In this document: one piece after another, positions 9,648-20,075 of the stretch
Layout: every line of letters begins with the position of its first letter
Numbering within the stretch: the stretch's first letter is position 1
Assembly: GCA_053919585.1 (NCBI GenBank)
Contig: JBSSHM010000333.1
From: Euprymna scolopes
Taxonomy: Eukaryota
Length of the DNA stretch: 55,933 nt
Strand: one strand, 5' to 3'
Notes under the pieces: model-generated
The model's database searches: none
What the model was told of the DNA's origin: nothing
Seen by the model: the letters and a program-made list of their open reading frames with translations, nothing else
Made by a program: the position numbers and the translations under genes

Positions 9648-11450
9648 GTGCGCATCCAAAAACTCTCTTCTCATCTTGCCAACCAAATTGCTGCAGGTGA
9701 AGTTATTGAACGCCCTGCTTCCATTGTTAAAGAACTGTGTGAAAACAGCTTAGATGCAGGAGCTAATCATATTATTATCTACCTCTATAAAGGTGGAATT
9801 GAGGGGATTGATGTCATTGATGATGGCATAGGAATTCATCCTGAGGATCTCAAACTTAGTATACAAAATCATACCACAAGCAAAATTTCTGAAAGCAAAC
9901 ACCTCTTCAATATTCAAACCTTTGGCTTTAGAGGAGAAGCATTAAGCAGCATTCATGCCGTATCTAAGCTTACTATACAATCTAAGCATAAAGAACACGA
10001 TAGTGCATGGGAGATTAACTACAAAGGAAACTTATCCCCTACTGCTATAAAAAAAGGAACACATATAAAAATCCGTGAGTTATTCTATAATATTCCTGCA
10101 AGAAAACATTTTCTGAAGCTTCCTAACACGGAGTACCGACACTGCCTAAAAACAATTTATCGCATTGCCCTCATTCATCCTGATAAAACAATTGAACTCT
10201 ATCATGATCACAAATTGGTACTCGATTGCCCAGCCATTAATCAAAAAGAAAGCGATGGACAAAGCACTCAACAACGACTGAGACAAATCATTAGCAAAAA
10301 TTTTGCACATGATGCCAAACCTATCGACATCACATATCATAATTGGCATCTAAGTGGTTGGCTATTACCTTCATCAACTTCTACAAAAAATACCGATAAA
10401 CAATTTTGGTATGTCAATCACCGACCAGTTAAAGATCGACTGCTCAATGCTGCTGTTCGTCGTGCTTATTCAGATATTATGCATGCTCATAACCAACCCG
10501 AATATTTTCTACACCTTCAACTCCCTCCTGAGGAAATTGATGTTAATGTTCATCCTAGCAAACTAGAAATACGTTTTCGTGAAAATGAGCTTTTTCCATT
10601 TATACAAAGCAGCATTAAAAAATGCCTTTTTCAATCCATTAATGAACAACAAGAGCACTCAAGCACCTCTTATCCATCGCTTTCTCAAGAGCAATATTCA
10701 AACTCTAGGGATACATTGCCACCCAATATATCTAGAGCCTCTTATCACTCCTATACCCCACCTAAAAGCTCCTCCCGATTTGATTATCAAGCGTTTCAAG
10801 ATCTCAACATACAACAAACACTACAGGAAGAAAAAGCAGAATATTTAGAGCAAAATGAACTCATTAACAACTTTCCTCTTGGAGAAGCTATTGCCTATAT
10901 TCATGGTGCATTTATTCTTGCAAATAATACACAGGGTTTAGTCATTGTGGATGCCCATGCAGCACATGAACGCATCATCTACGAGCAATTAAAAATGCAA
11001 CAACCTTTAGATAAACAACCTATACAAACTTTCACAGACCCATATAAAATCGAATTAAACCTTGCTGATTTAACAGCTGCAAAAGAGCTTGCACTATCAC
11101 TTCAAATCATTGGAATTCACTGTACTTTTAATCATTCCTATTGGCTTATTCATAGCATTCCCAATATCCTTAAAGATACAAATATCAGTGAACTACTAAC
11201 TGCCTCATTAAATCAATACAAAAAGGAACAATGTAGTGAACATGTTACAGAGAAACTCTATGAAATTCTTTCTACACAAGCTTGCCATCAAGCCGTTCGT
11301 GCCAATCGACAACTGAGTATTCCTGAAATGAACGCCCTACTGAGGCAGATTGAACACTGTGCTGCTGGAGAACGTTGTAACCATGGTCGCCCAACTTGGC
11401 ATCAAATCACTCTAAAAGAGTTAGATCATTTCTTCCTACGTGGTCAATAA
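9648..11450 (+). CDS. mutL: DNA mismatch repair protein MutL (endonuclease type)
   Basis: NQIAAGEVIERP and GFRGEAL; C-terminal DAHAAHERIIYE, ACH and CNHGRP. Confidence 0.97.
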   Translation: MRIQKLSSHLANQIAAGEVIERPASIVKELCENSLDAGANHIIIYLYKGGIEGIDVIDDGIGIHPEDLKLSIQNHTTSKISESKHLFNIQTFGFRGEALSSIHAVSKLTIQSKHKEHDSAWEINYKGNLSPTAIKKGTHIKIRELFYNIPARKHFLKLPNTEYRHCLKTIYRIALIHPDKTIELYHDHKLVLDCPAINQKESDGQSTQQRLRQIISKNFAHDAKPIDITYHNWHLSGWLLPSSTSTKNTDKQFWYVNHRPVKDRLLNAAVRRAYSDIMHAHNQPEYFLHLQLPPEEIDVNVHPSKLEIRFRENELFPFIQSSIKKCLFQSINEQQEHSSTSYPSLSQEQYSNSRDTLPPNISRASYHSYTPPKSSSRFDYQAFQDLNIQQTLQEEKAEYLEQNELINNFPLGEAIAYIHGAFILANNTQGLVIVDAHAAHERIIYEQLKMQQPLDKQPIQTFTDPYKIELNLADLTAAKELALSLQIIGIHCTFNHSYWLIHSIPNILKDTNISELLTASLNQYKKEQCSEHVTEKLYEILSTQACHQAVRANRQLSIPEMNALLRQIEHCAAGERCNHGRPTWHQITLKELDHFFLRGQ

Positions 11451-12384
11451 AATAAAATCACCAATTATCACCATTTATGGTGCAACAGCAAGTGGAAAAA
11501 GCTCACTAGCTGTAGAACTAGCAAAAACCATTGATGCCGAAATCATCTCCGTTGATTCTGCTCAAATCTATCGCCAAATGGATATTGGCACAGCAAAGCC
11601 AGATTTAGCGATACAAAAATATATCCCTCATCATCTAATTGACCTTATCGAACCACATCAAGACTACTCCGTTGCTCAATTTATTAACGACTCTCAACAA
11701 GCCATTATCAACATTCATAAAAAAAATAAACCAGTAATTTTATGTGGTGGCACAATGCTCTATTTACAAAGACTATTCATTGGTCTATCTCAATTGCCTG
11801 CAAGCGATCCTAAGGTTCGTGAGGAACTTCACAAACAATGGCTAGAAAACCCACAAAAAACCCATCAAAAACTAGCAGAAATCGACCCATCTACTGCAAA
11901 AAAACTGCATCCTAATGATGGTCAACGAGTGATTCGTGCCTTAGAAATTGGACTATACCACCAACCCCTTAGCCTCCTACAAAAAAATAATCAAAAAACA
12001 CCTCTTTTGCAACCTCAACTCAATATTTGTCTCACTGCTAATAAACGAGAGAAACTACATAAAAAAATTCAGAATAGACTGGATGAAATGATTGAAAAAG
12101 GTTTGATTGATGAAGTAAAAAAACTTCATCAAAATCCTAAGCTACATCATGATTTACCAGCTATTCGTTGCGTAGGTTATCGTCAGTTTTGGCAATATCA
12201 TGATCAACAAATTACCCAACAACAAGCCTATGAGAAAACCCTCTATGCCACTCGCCAATTAGCCAAACGACAAAATACATGGATGAAAACCTTATCCACC
12301 CTAGCAAATACCCATACAATTGAACATGATGATTCTCACCGACTAGAAAAAGCCATTACCCTTTACCATCAGCATAAATCATAA
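11440..12384 (+). CDS. miaA: tRNA dimethylallyltransferase
   Basis: GATASGKS, DSAQIYRQMDIGTAKP and TRQLAKRQ motifs. Confidence 0.97.
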   Translation: MVNKIKSPIITIYGATASGKSSLAVELAKTIDAEIISVDSAQIYRQMDIGTAKPDLAIQKYIPHHLIDLIEPHQDYSVAQFINDSQQAIINIHKKNKPVILCGGTMLYLQRLFIGLSQLPASDPKVREELHKQWLENPQKTHQKLAEIDPSTAKKLHPNDGQRVIRALEIGLYHQPLSLLQKNNQKTPLLQPQLNICLTANKREKLHKKIQNRLDEMIEKGLIDEVKKLHQNPKLHHDLPAIRCVGYRQFWQYHDQQITQQQAYEKTLYATRQLAKRQNTWMKTLSTLANTHTIEHDDSHRLEKAITLYHQHKS

Positions 12385-12390
12385 TGTAAT

Positions 12391-15300
12391 ATGCACACAA
12401 ACTCAGCTTTATTCACTGAATTTTTTCAAACACTCTCCTCCTGCAAAAACTTCTGTGGAGAGATCGGAGATTATACCGATTGTGTTGTACAAGCCGTTGA
12501 TAATAGCATTTACGAACGCCAGCCAAAAATGGTCGTTTATCCTAAATCCACACAAGATATTCAAACACTTTTACAACTATCCACCACTACCCCATACGAT
12601 TCACTTAAGCTTCACTTCTCTGCTCGTGGAGGAGGCACAGGAACGAATGCCCAATCACTCACTGATGGCATAGTCATTGATGTATCCAGACATATGAATC
12701 GTATCATCAACTTTGATGAAGAAAAAAAAGAAATTACTGTACAACCCGGCGTTGTTCTTGAGCAACTCAATGCCTTTCTCAAACCCTATGGCTATTTTTT
12801 TCCACCTAATGTCTCCAGTGGAAGTCGTGCAACCATTGGTGGCATGGTTTCTACCGATGCCAGTGGTATGGGATCACGTATTTATGGCAAAACATCAAAC
12901 TGGATACAAACACTCTCTACCCTACTGCATGATGGCACGGCACATACCTTTAAAAGTATTCCACTAAAAAACATTCAGAAATACACAAAATCTGACCATG
13001 CACAACTTAACCAAATCTACCAACAAATTGAACACACGGTTACCACCCATCGCCAAAGAATAGAAAAAACCTTTCCTAAAATGAATCGTGGGCTGACTGG
13101 CTATAACCTCAAGCATACTCTTCAATATCATAATCCAGACAATCCCAAACAACCTACTCACCTCAATCCTTGCTTCCTAATCGCCGGCTCTGAAGGTACA
13201 CTGTGCTTAGTCACTGAAATCACATGCCGTATACAACCCATCCCTAAATATCAAGCTGTGATTGCCGTTGCTTATGAAACACTAAAACAGGCCATTGACT
13301 CCATCCCTCACCTCATCACAGCCAACCCCAGTGCCATTGAATTTATCAATGATAACATCTTAAAAACTGCCCAACAAGATGAATGCTGGCAAAATATTTC
13401 TACACTACTTAACTTCAATGATAAACCATCTACCCATCCAAAAAAAATTAGTGGAATTAACTTTGTGCAACTCATTGCAGAAAATGAACAAGAAATGGCA
13501 CATAATATTGCCAAACTCGAAACATGTCTGAAAGAAAATCAACATAGCTCACATCCTGCCATTGGTTGGCACATCGCTAATTCTCAACAAGCTGTGAAGA
13601 ATGTCTGGGATTTTCGCAAAAAAGCACAAGGACTCATTGCCTCACCAAAAGGAAGAAAACGCTCCATTGCCTTTATTGAAGATACTGCCGTTCCCGTGGA
13701 TAAGCTACCAATTTTTATTGACAAAATGCAACAACTCTTCAGCAAGCACAACATACAGGCAAATATCTATGGACATGCCGATGTGGGTTGTGTACACGTG
13801 CGCCCAGATCTTGATCTCACCAATCCCAAAGAGCAAGCCCTTATCCGACAACTCTCTGACCAAGTATTCTCAATTACCAAAAATCTAGGAGGATTAATTT
13901 GGGGAGAGCATGGTAAAGGAGTTAGAGGTGAATACAACCCACAAGTATTTGGCAAAACCCTCTATCAAGAGCTACAAAAAATCAAAATGGCTTTTGATCC
14001 AAACAACCGCCTTAACCCCGGAAAAGTTGCCACCCCCTATCATCCTGAAAATCATTCTGCTTATTCTCTATTTAAACTGGATAACGTCCCCATGCGAGCA
14101 GAAACGGATGCAAAAATTCTGCCACACTATGAAACTATCTATGCAAATGCCATCTACTGCAATGGCAATGGCACTTGCTACAACTGGAATGCCAATGAAC
14201 CGCTATGCCCCTCATATAAAGTCACACGTGATCACCGACATTCTCCAAAAGGCAGAGCTATGCTACTCAGAGAATGGTTAAAACAATCTCTTAACAATGA
14301 TCAAAGCACTTACCAACAATTTAGCAAAACTATCCTGCCGATTATGAATAACTGCTTTGGCTGTGGAGCTTGTACCCACCATTGCCCTCTGCATGTGAAT
14401 ATTCCTCGACTACGTACCCACTACCTTGCCACCCATTACCAACAAAACAAACGCCCAATTAAAGACTATCTTATTGCCTACATTGAAACCCTTACCCCAC
14501 TTATCGGTGAAAAAACATGGCTAGCCTACCTCATTAATTTCCTACAAAAAAATAATCTAGGAAAAAAACTCATCACACGTATCACTGGCATCATTGACCC
14601 ACCCACATACCAATTCCCTACCCTATCTGAGCAACTCAACAATCATCCCAGCCTAAGATTACCTCATCACTCTCAAGCACCTAAACAAGCACCTAAAGTG
14701 ATCCTCATTCTTGATTGTTTCAATCGCTACTACGATACAAAAGTGGTTATTGCCACCCTCAAGCTGTTTTCTCAACTCAATATTCACACCACCATTGCCC
14801 CACACTTCCCCAGTGGCAAAGCCCAACACATTAAAGGCTTTCTCAAACAATACGATCAAACCATCACCACCACTCACAAACAACTCACTAAACTAGCCAA
14901 ACAAGGGGTAGCACTCATTGGAATTGATAGCTCCATCACCCTAACCTATCAAAATGAATACCCTCAAAAATTTGGCAAAAAAAATACGCCTAAAGTTCAC
15001 CTTCTTCATGAATGGTTAGCTCAACACCTCAACAACCATCCCATCAAAAACGATAAGTTTATTCAGCACAGTCTAACACACACCTACCAACTGGTCCTTC
15101 ATTGTTCTGAACACACAGCAGCCATGCATACTAGCAAACAATGGCAAAGCATCTTTGCCTACTTTAATATTGAACTTGATATCAAAAAATTAGGTTGTTG
15201 TGGAATGGCTGGCTCCTTTGGACACGAAGCCAGTAATATTGAAAGCTCAAAAACAGCCTATGAACTCTCCTGGCAGAAACACATTGATGCAACTCTTGAA

Positions 15301-15444
15301 ACAAACCACCAAGCAAATCAGACAAAAACCAAGCTATTGGCTACAGGATACTCCTGTCGCTCACAAGCACAACGATTCAGTGGCATACGCCTCCCTCATC
15401 CTGTTGAGGAACTGGTGGAAATACTTAACAAAAAACCCACCTAA
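12391..15444 (+). CDS. ydiJ: FAD-binding and Fe-S oxidoreductase, YdiJ / D-2-hydroxyglutarate dehydrogenase-like
   Basis: RGGGTGTNAQSL, GSEGTL, GHADVGCVHVRP, WGEHGKGVRGE, CNGNGTC, CFGCGAC...CP and GCCGMAG motifs. Confidence 0.8.
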   Translation: MHTNSALFTEFFQTLSSCKNFCGEIGDYTDCVVQAVDNSIYERQPKMVVYPKSTQDIQTLLQLSTTTPYDSLKLHFSARGGGTGTNAQSLTDGIVIDVSRHMNRIINFDEEKKEITVQPGVVLEQLNAFLKPYGYFFPPNVSSGSRATIGGMVSTDASGMGSRIYGKTSNWIQTLSTLLHDGTAHTFKSIPLKNIQKYTKSDHAQLNQIYQQIEHTVTTHRQRIEKTFPKMNRGLTGYNLKHTLQYHNPDNPKQPTHLNPCFLIAGSEGTLCLVTEITCRIQPIPKYQAVIAVAYETLKQAIDSIPHLITANPSAIEFINDNILKTAQQDECWQNISTLLNFNDKPSTHPKKISGINFVQLIAENEQEMAHNIAKLETCLKENQHSSHPAIGWHIANSQQAVKNVWDFRKKAQGLIASPKGRKRSIAFIEDTAVPVDKLPIFIDKMQQLFSKHNIQANIYGHADVGCVHVRPDLDLTNPKEQALIRQLSDQVFSITKNLGGLIWGEHGKGVRGEYNPQVFGKTLYQELQKIKMAFDPNNRLNPGKVATPYHPENHSAYSLFKLDNVPMRAETDAKILPHYETIYANAIYCNGNGTCYNWNANEPLCPSYKVTRDHRHSPKGRAMLLREWLKQSLNNDQSTYQQFSKTILPIMNNCFGCGACTHHCPLHVNIPRLRTHYLATHYQQNKRPIKDYLIAYIETLTPLIGEKTWLAYLINFLQKNNLGKKLITRITGIIDPPTYQFPTLSEQLNNHPSLRLPHHSQAPKQAPKVILILDCFNRYYDTKVVIATLKLFSQLNIHTTIAPHFPSGKAQHIKGFLKQYDQTITTTHKQLTKLAKQGVALIGIDSSITLTYQNEYPQKFGKKNTPKVHLLHEWLAQHLNNHPIKNDKFIQHSLTHTYQLVLHCSEHTAAMHTSKQWQSIFAYFNIELDIKKLGCCGMAGSFGHEASNIESSKTAYELSWQKHIDATLETNHQANQTKTKLLATGYSCRSQAQRFSGIRLPHPVEELVEILNKKPT

Positions 15445-15479
15445 AATAGCGTTGCTTTTTATATTCACTCATCCTTAAA

Positions 15480-16508
15480 TTAGGAACGATTACGAAATAA
15501 ATGCGTGATTTTTAGTTTTTGTCCGTAGCCAAGTAGTAATAATACTGAAGCGGTGCCAATAATTGGCATATGTCCTACCAGTTCCATCAATGCTGCTGAA
15601 TTATTACCAATAATTAGAAAGGTAATATTTGAAGCTAGCATAAAGAGTGATACAACCAATGTATTTACTCTCGTAACCGTTCCTATGATTAGGATAATGC
15701 CAAACACAATTTCCATCACGCCAACAGAAAAAACAAATAGACTGTCAGAAAAAGCATCAAATCCTAAAATTTTCATGAAATTCCAATCATACTGTTCTAT
15801 GAAAGCTCCGCCTAATATTGCACCAGATACTTTTTCTGTAATACCAAGTGTGACTAAAGCAATACCAGTAAATATTCTTAATGCATCAACTGCATAAGGC
15901 TCAAACTTTATACGTAAGCGTTCATTAGGCATGTTGCTAAAGATAAAAAATAAGGCAATGCCGATTAAATTACTGTATTCCAAAACACTTATCAGTCCGT
16001 ATTGTATAAAAATACCCAACATTAATACAAACATAAGCAAGGATACTTTCCATACACATCTATTTAGAATAAGTAAGATGCCAATTGCAAATTCCAAAAA
16101 TAAAAAAATCATGCCAATCCAATCATAAGCCGGCATATGTGGAGCAATTAAGTTCCCCTCATACGCTCTTAACATGAGCGACATACCCGTAAAAATTCTA
16201 AGTATTTCAATAACATCATTACGAAAAGTGCTTTTTACAGTCGGGAATTTAGGCAGTTTAGAATCTAAAAAGATAGATAGAGAAATCAAGAAAATTGCAA
16301 CACCTATCCATACCAAAACGGCAGTATCCGTTAGAGAATAAGAATGATAAAAGGAAGGCATAGCCATATTTGAATCCACAAACCATTTCACATGAGCATC
16401 ACTCACGTTTGTGATTACGATTCCTAAAAATAGCACTAGATAAAGTTTATTACTAATTACATTAGATAAAAAATTTGTAACCGTAGTGTTGATTTTAGTT
16501 TGTTTCAT
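15480..16508 (-). CDS. DoxX-like polytopic membrane protein
   Basis: Signal-like N-terminus, AHVKWF motif, two internal LRIFTG repeats, about 9-10 hydrophobic helices, ELVGHMPI. Start uncertain (16508 or 16589). Confidence 0.6.
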   Translation of the reverse strand: MKQTKINTTVTNFLSNVISNKLYLVLFLGIVITNVSDAHVKWFVDSNMAMPSFYHSYSLTDTAVLVWIGVAIFLISLSIFLDSKLPKFPTVKSTFRNDVIEILRIFTGMSLMLRAYEGNLIAPHMPAYDWIGMIFLFLEFAIGILLILNRCVWKVSLLMFVLMLGIFIQYGLISVLEYSNLIGIALFFIFSNMPNERLRIKFEPYAVDALRIFTGIALVTLGITEKVSGAILGGAFIEQYDWNFMKILGFDAFSDSLFVFSVGVMEIVFGIILIIGTVTRVNTLVVSLFMLASNITFLIIGNNSAALMELVGHMPIIGTASVLLLLGYGQKLKITHLFRNRS

Positions 16509-16569
16509 ATTTATGATGGTAGAGTAATCTCCTGATAACAACAGGATAAAGTGTATAAATCTATTTTTC

Positions 16570-17840
16570 CTATTTTTCTTGTAGAGCACGACTCCACGAA
16601 CGTAAAATAGGACCAGTTATGTATGCGAATACCCTCTTTTTACCTGTTAGCATATCAACATCACTTATCATTCCAGGGCGTATTGGATTTTCTTTACTGA
16701 TTTCTTGATCAACCCTAATCTGTACTTGATAAAAATATTGATCAACTTGCCTATTATCTGCGAAACTATCTGCACTAATGATTGTTATTTCACCATCTAG
16801 ACTGCCATAGGTGGTATGATCGTATGCCCGTATTTTTACTTTTACTGGTTGCCCGAGCCATATTTCAGCACGGTCCACCTCACGTACTTTAGCCTCAATA
16901 ACTAAAGATTTTCCTAGTGGGGTTAGGCTAGCTAGCGGCTCTCCTGAACGCACAATCCCCCCTACAGTATTAACCATAAGTTTATTAACAATGCCATTAA
17001 CGGATGCTTCAACATCCGAACGTTGTAAACGATCTTTATAGGCTTGACGTTTTGCATCCACTTTTGCTATTAGCGCTTGAGTTTTAATTAATTCTTCTTG
17101 GAGTTGAAGTTTATAATCCGTTTGAAGTTGCTCATAGCGACTTAATGCCTCTTGCGATTCAGATCTTGCTGTCGGGATGCTAAAAGAAACCCGATCATAT
17201 CGAGTTTTAATCGTTTGATAGCGTTTTTGTGAATCCAGTACATCTCGCTCTGAAGCAGCTCCTTTATTTTTTAACTTTTTATTTAAATCCCATTCTTTTT
17301 TGCTAAACTTAATTCTTTTTTAAGATTTCTTTTTTGTGCAGTAAGCTCTTGAATTCTATATTCCTTTCGTTTCCAAGCAGATTGACGTATCTGTTGTTCT
17401 TTAACATAGTTAAGGTATATATCATTGAGCAGAGTCTGTTCGCTATTTGCCACCTTTGAAGCAAGTTCAAGTAGCTCTTTTGGAAATTTTATTTTTTGTT
17501 CATCTGCAATTTGTGTACGAATTCGATATAGTTTAATGAGTAATGAAATTCTTTCGATTTCTAATGCTTTAAGTTCTGCTATGTTGAATTCATTTTTAAT
17601 TCTAAACAGTACTTGACCTTTCTCAACAATATCCCCTTCTTTGACTAATATTTCTGATATGATGCCACCTTCAAGATGTTGTACGAGTTTATTATTCCCC
17701 GTTGGTATCACTTTTCCTTTAGCTCTTACCACCTGCTGAATTTGTACAAAATAAGACCATAGGATAAGCAATAATACCGACAATGATAATGTCCATAAAA
17801 ATAATCTAGGGCGTCGATTGTTTCTATACCACATAAACAA
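16570..17840 (-). CDS. HlyD-family type I secretion membrane fusion protein (split by a -1 frameshift at about 17300)
   Basis: N-part has GKVIPTG and VQHLEGGII; the -1 frame is open from GAATGG (EWDLNKKLKNKGAASERD...) into the 16570-17061 ORF (TVGGIV, IRPGM...TGKK). Confidence 0.88.
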
Positions 17841-20060
17841 TTAAGGTGATTGATTAGAAGAAATATGTGCAGAGGAGATTGTAGCCGGCTGAAGAGGGGC
17901 ATAATTACTTTCCATTTTATCTGCTCCATTAAAGTATTTTTTTAGCATGCTATCTTTCTTACCCATATCAATGATTTTTCCTTCATTCATAACAATTAAC
18001 TTATTGACTAAAGTTAGCAAGCCAGGTCTATGCGTCACAAGAATAAGTGTTTTACCCTGAGTGTATTGATGTAAGTATTGAATAACTTGATTTTCCAAAT
18101 TCCCATCCATTCCCGATGTTGGTTCATCTAACATATGTATTACTGAATCATTACACATACTACGCATCAAGGCGATTAACTGACGCTGCCCCCCTGATAG
18201 GTTACTTCCTCCTTCACCAACCTCAAAAGATAATCCACCCCCTAGGGTTTTTTGCATCATTAAGCTATTGAGTCCAAATGACTCAACCATGTCTTCAATT
18301 TTTTTCTGATTAGCAAGCTGGCTACTCATACGAATGTTATCATACACACTTCCAGAAAAGAATGCAGGATTTTGTGGCATGTATGCAACATTACGATGGA
18401 ATTCAAATGGATAAATGTCTCGTACACTAAAACCATCTAATTGCACCTCACCCTGCTCTACTTTTTCTAAATTACTAATGATTCTTAACAAGGTACTTTT
18501 CCCTGCTCCACTTGGACCGACAATACCAATACGTTCACCTGGCTGAATTTGTAAATTAATCTCTTGTAACGTGTAATTATCCATATTAGGATACTTAAAG
18601 TGGACATCTTTAAGCATCAAACCACCTTTAAAATGGGTTTTGCTGATAATGTTATCATCAATATCATAATCGGTTTCTTGCGTAAGCGTTGCACGCCATG
18701 ATTTGAGCATATGGCGAGAAGAAAATAGCCTAGTTAGTGCCGATGAAAAGTTTAATACAGGTAAAATTGCACGTGCTGAGAGTAGAGTGAGTGCAATCAT
18801 TTCGCCAACGGTTATTTTTCCAGCAAAAATTTGATAAGCTCCTACAAAAACCACCACTGCACTAACGAGTTGTACAACAATTGGCAAGGTAGTCATCATA
18901 CTGTTATTCCATAATTGTGATGAGCGAGAAAGCCCTAATGTTTGACGAACTTTAGCCTGCCACTGATTAATAACACGTGAGAAACCATTGCTTAATCGCA
19001 GACTTTCTCTGCCACCTAAAACTTGCACTAAATAGCTTTCTTTTTTCTTATTTAAAGGGTAAAGATCCGTGCTGATACTTTTAATGGGAAAATGGTGCAA
19101 GATATTAATTACAACGATGACAATCGCTGCATACAATGGAATCATTGCCACCTCAGGAGAGATGCCGTAAATTACCGCAAAGAAAAGAAAGAAAAAAGGA
19201 AACTCAATTAATTCAACCAGGGTTTTACTAAAAAACCCTACACGATAGTTGTTTACTTCATGAAAGGTATCTGATGTAGCACCTACATCCTCTTTATTAG
19301 ATGAATTAGCTGTTGAGGTTTTCCTCAATAGTCGCATCATTAAGGATTCCCCTACTCGCTCGGACATATTCTCTAAAATAACACTACGCATGAGGCGGAA
19401 AATATAGTCAAGAACAAGAATAATGACAATACCACTAAAAAGCACCCAAAGTGTTTCTTCTGCTTGATTGGGAATCACTTTATCATAAACATTCATCGTG
19501 TATAAGGGTAATGCAATTTGGAATAAATTAACCATTAATGAGGCTAAAAATATCTCGATAATTGAAATCGTCAATGCTCGCTTACTGATCCATTCTGAAA
19601 TACGAATACGATTAGACACAGTTGCTACCTGACTTGCTCCAACTAATAATAACTCACCTGAATACATTTTTTTAAGTGAGTCTAATTGAATTTTAGTTTG
19701 TTGCACTTTACCATTTTTTACTACACTCACTAACGCATAATCAGTATGTAAAGAAAGCAAGGTTACGGCTTTTTTGTTTTTTAACATTAACATTGCTGGC
19801 AATTCTGCAGAAGCAAGATTTTTCCATGAATAATGTTGCCATTGTGTTTGAATATTTAATTGAGAAAAGATATGCGTAATATCTTCACGCAAAATGGACT
19901 CACCATCTTCTGATTTTTCCGCAAGTTGATAAATTTCTTGCGGAGATACCGGATACTGATTCTCAAATAATAGACACTGTATAGGTTCTAATAAACTTAA
20001 TTTATTCTGTGATTGATTCTGCGATGCAGAAGATGATGAGTCTTTTTTTTGTGCTGGCAT
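17841..20060 (-). CDS. Type I secretion ABC permease/ATPase (LapB/HlyB-like, C39-like N-domain)
   Basis: PLYTMNVYDKVIPN, Walker A GPSGAGKST, LSGGQRQ signature, Walker B MLDEPTS, LVTHR. Confidence 0.92.
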   Translation of the reverse strand: MPAQKKDSSSSASQNQSQNKLSLLEPIQCLLFENQYPVSPQEIYQLAEKSEDGESILREDITHIFSQLNIQTQWQHYSWKNLASAELPAMLMLKNKKAVTLLSLHTDYALVSVVKNGKVQQTKIQLDSLKKMYSGELLLVGASQVATVSNRIRISEWISKRALTISIIEIFLASLMVNLFQIALPLYTMNVYDKVIPNQAEETLWVLFSGIVIILVLDYIFRLMRSVILENMSERVGESLMMRLLRKTSTANSSNKEDVGATSDTFHEVNNYRVGFFSKTLVELIEFPFFFLFFAVIYGISPEVAMIPLYAAIVIVVINILHHFPIKSISTDLYPLNKKKESYLVQVLGGRESLRLSNGFSRVINQWQAKVRQTLGLSRSSQLWNNSMMTTLPIVVQLVSAVVVFVGAYQIFAGKITVGEMIALTLLSARAILPVLNFSSALTRLFSSRHMLKSWRATLTQETDYDIDDNIISKTHFKGGLMLKDVHFKYPNMDNYTLQEINLQIQPGERIGIVGPSGAGKSTLLRIISNLEKVEQGEVQLDGFSVRDIYPFEFHRNVAYMPQNPAFFSGSVYDNIRMSSQLANQKKIEDMVESFGLNSLMMQKTLGGGLSFEVGEGGSNLSGGQRQLIALMRSMCNDSVIHMLDEPTSGMDGNLENQVIQYLHQYTQGKTLILVTHRPGLLTLVNKLIVMNEGKIIDMGKKDSMLKKYFNGADKMESNYAPLQPATISSAHISSNQSP

Positions 20061-20075
20061 GTGATTATAAGATGA

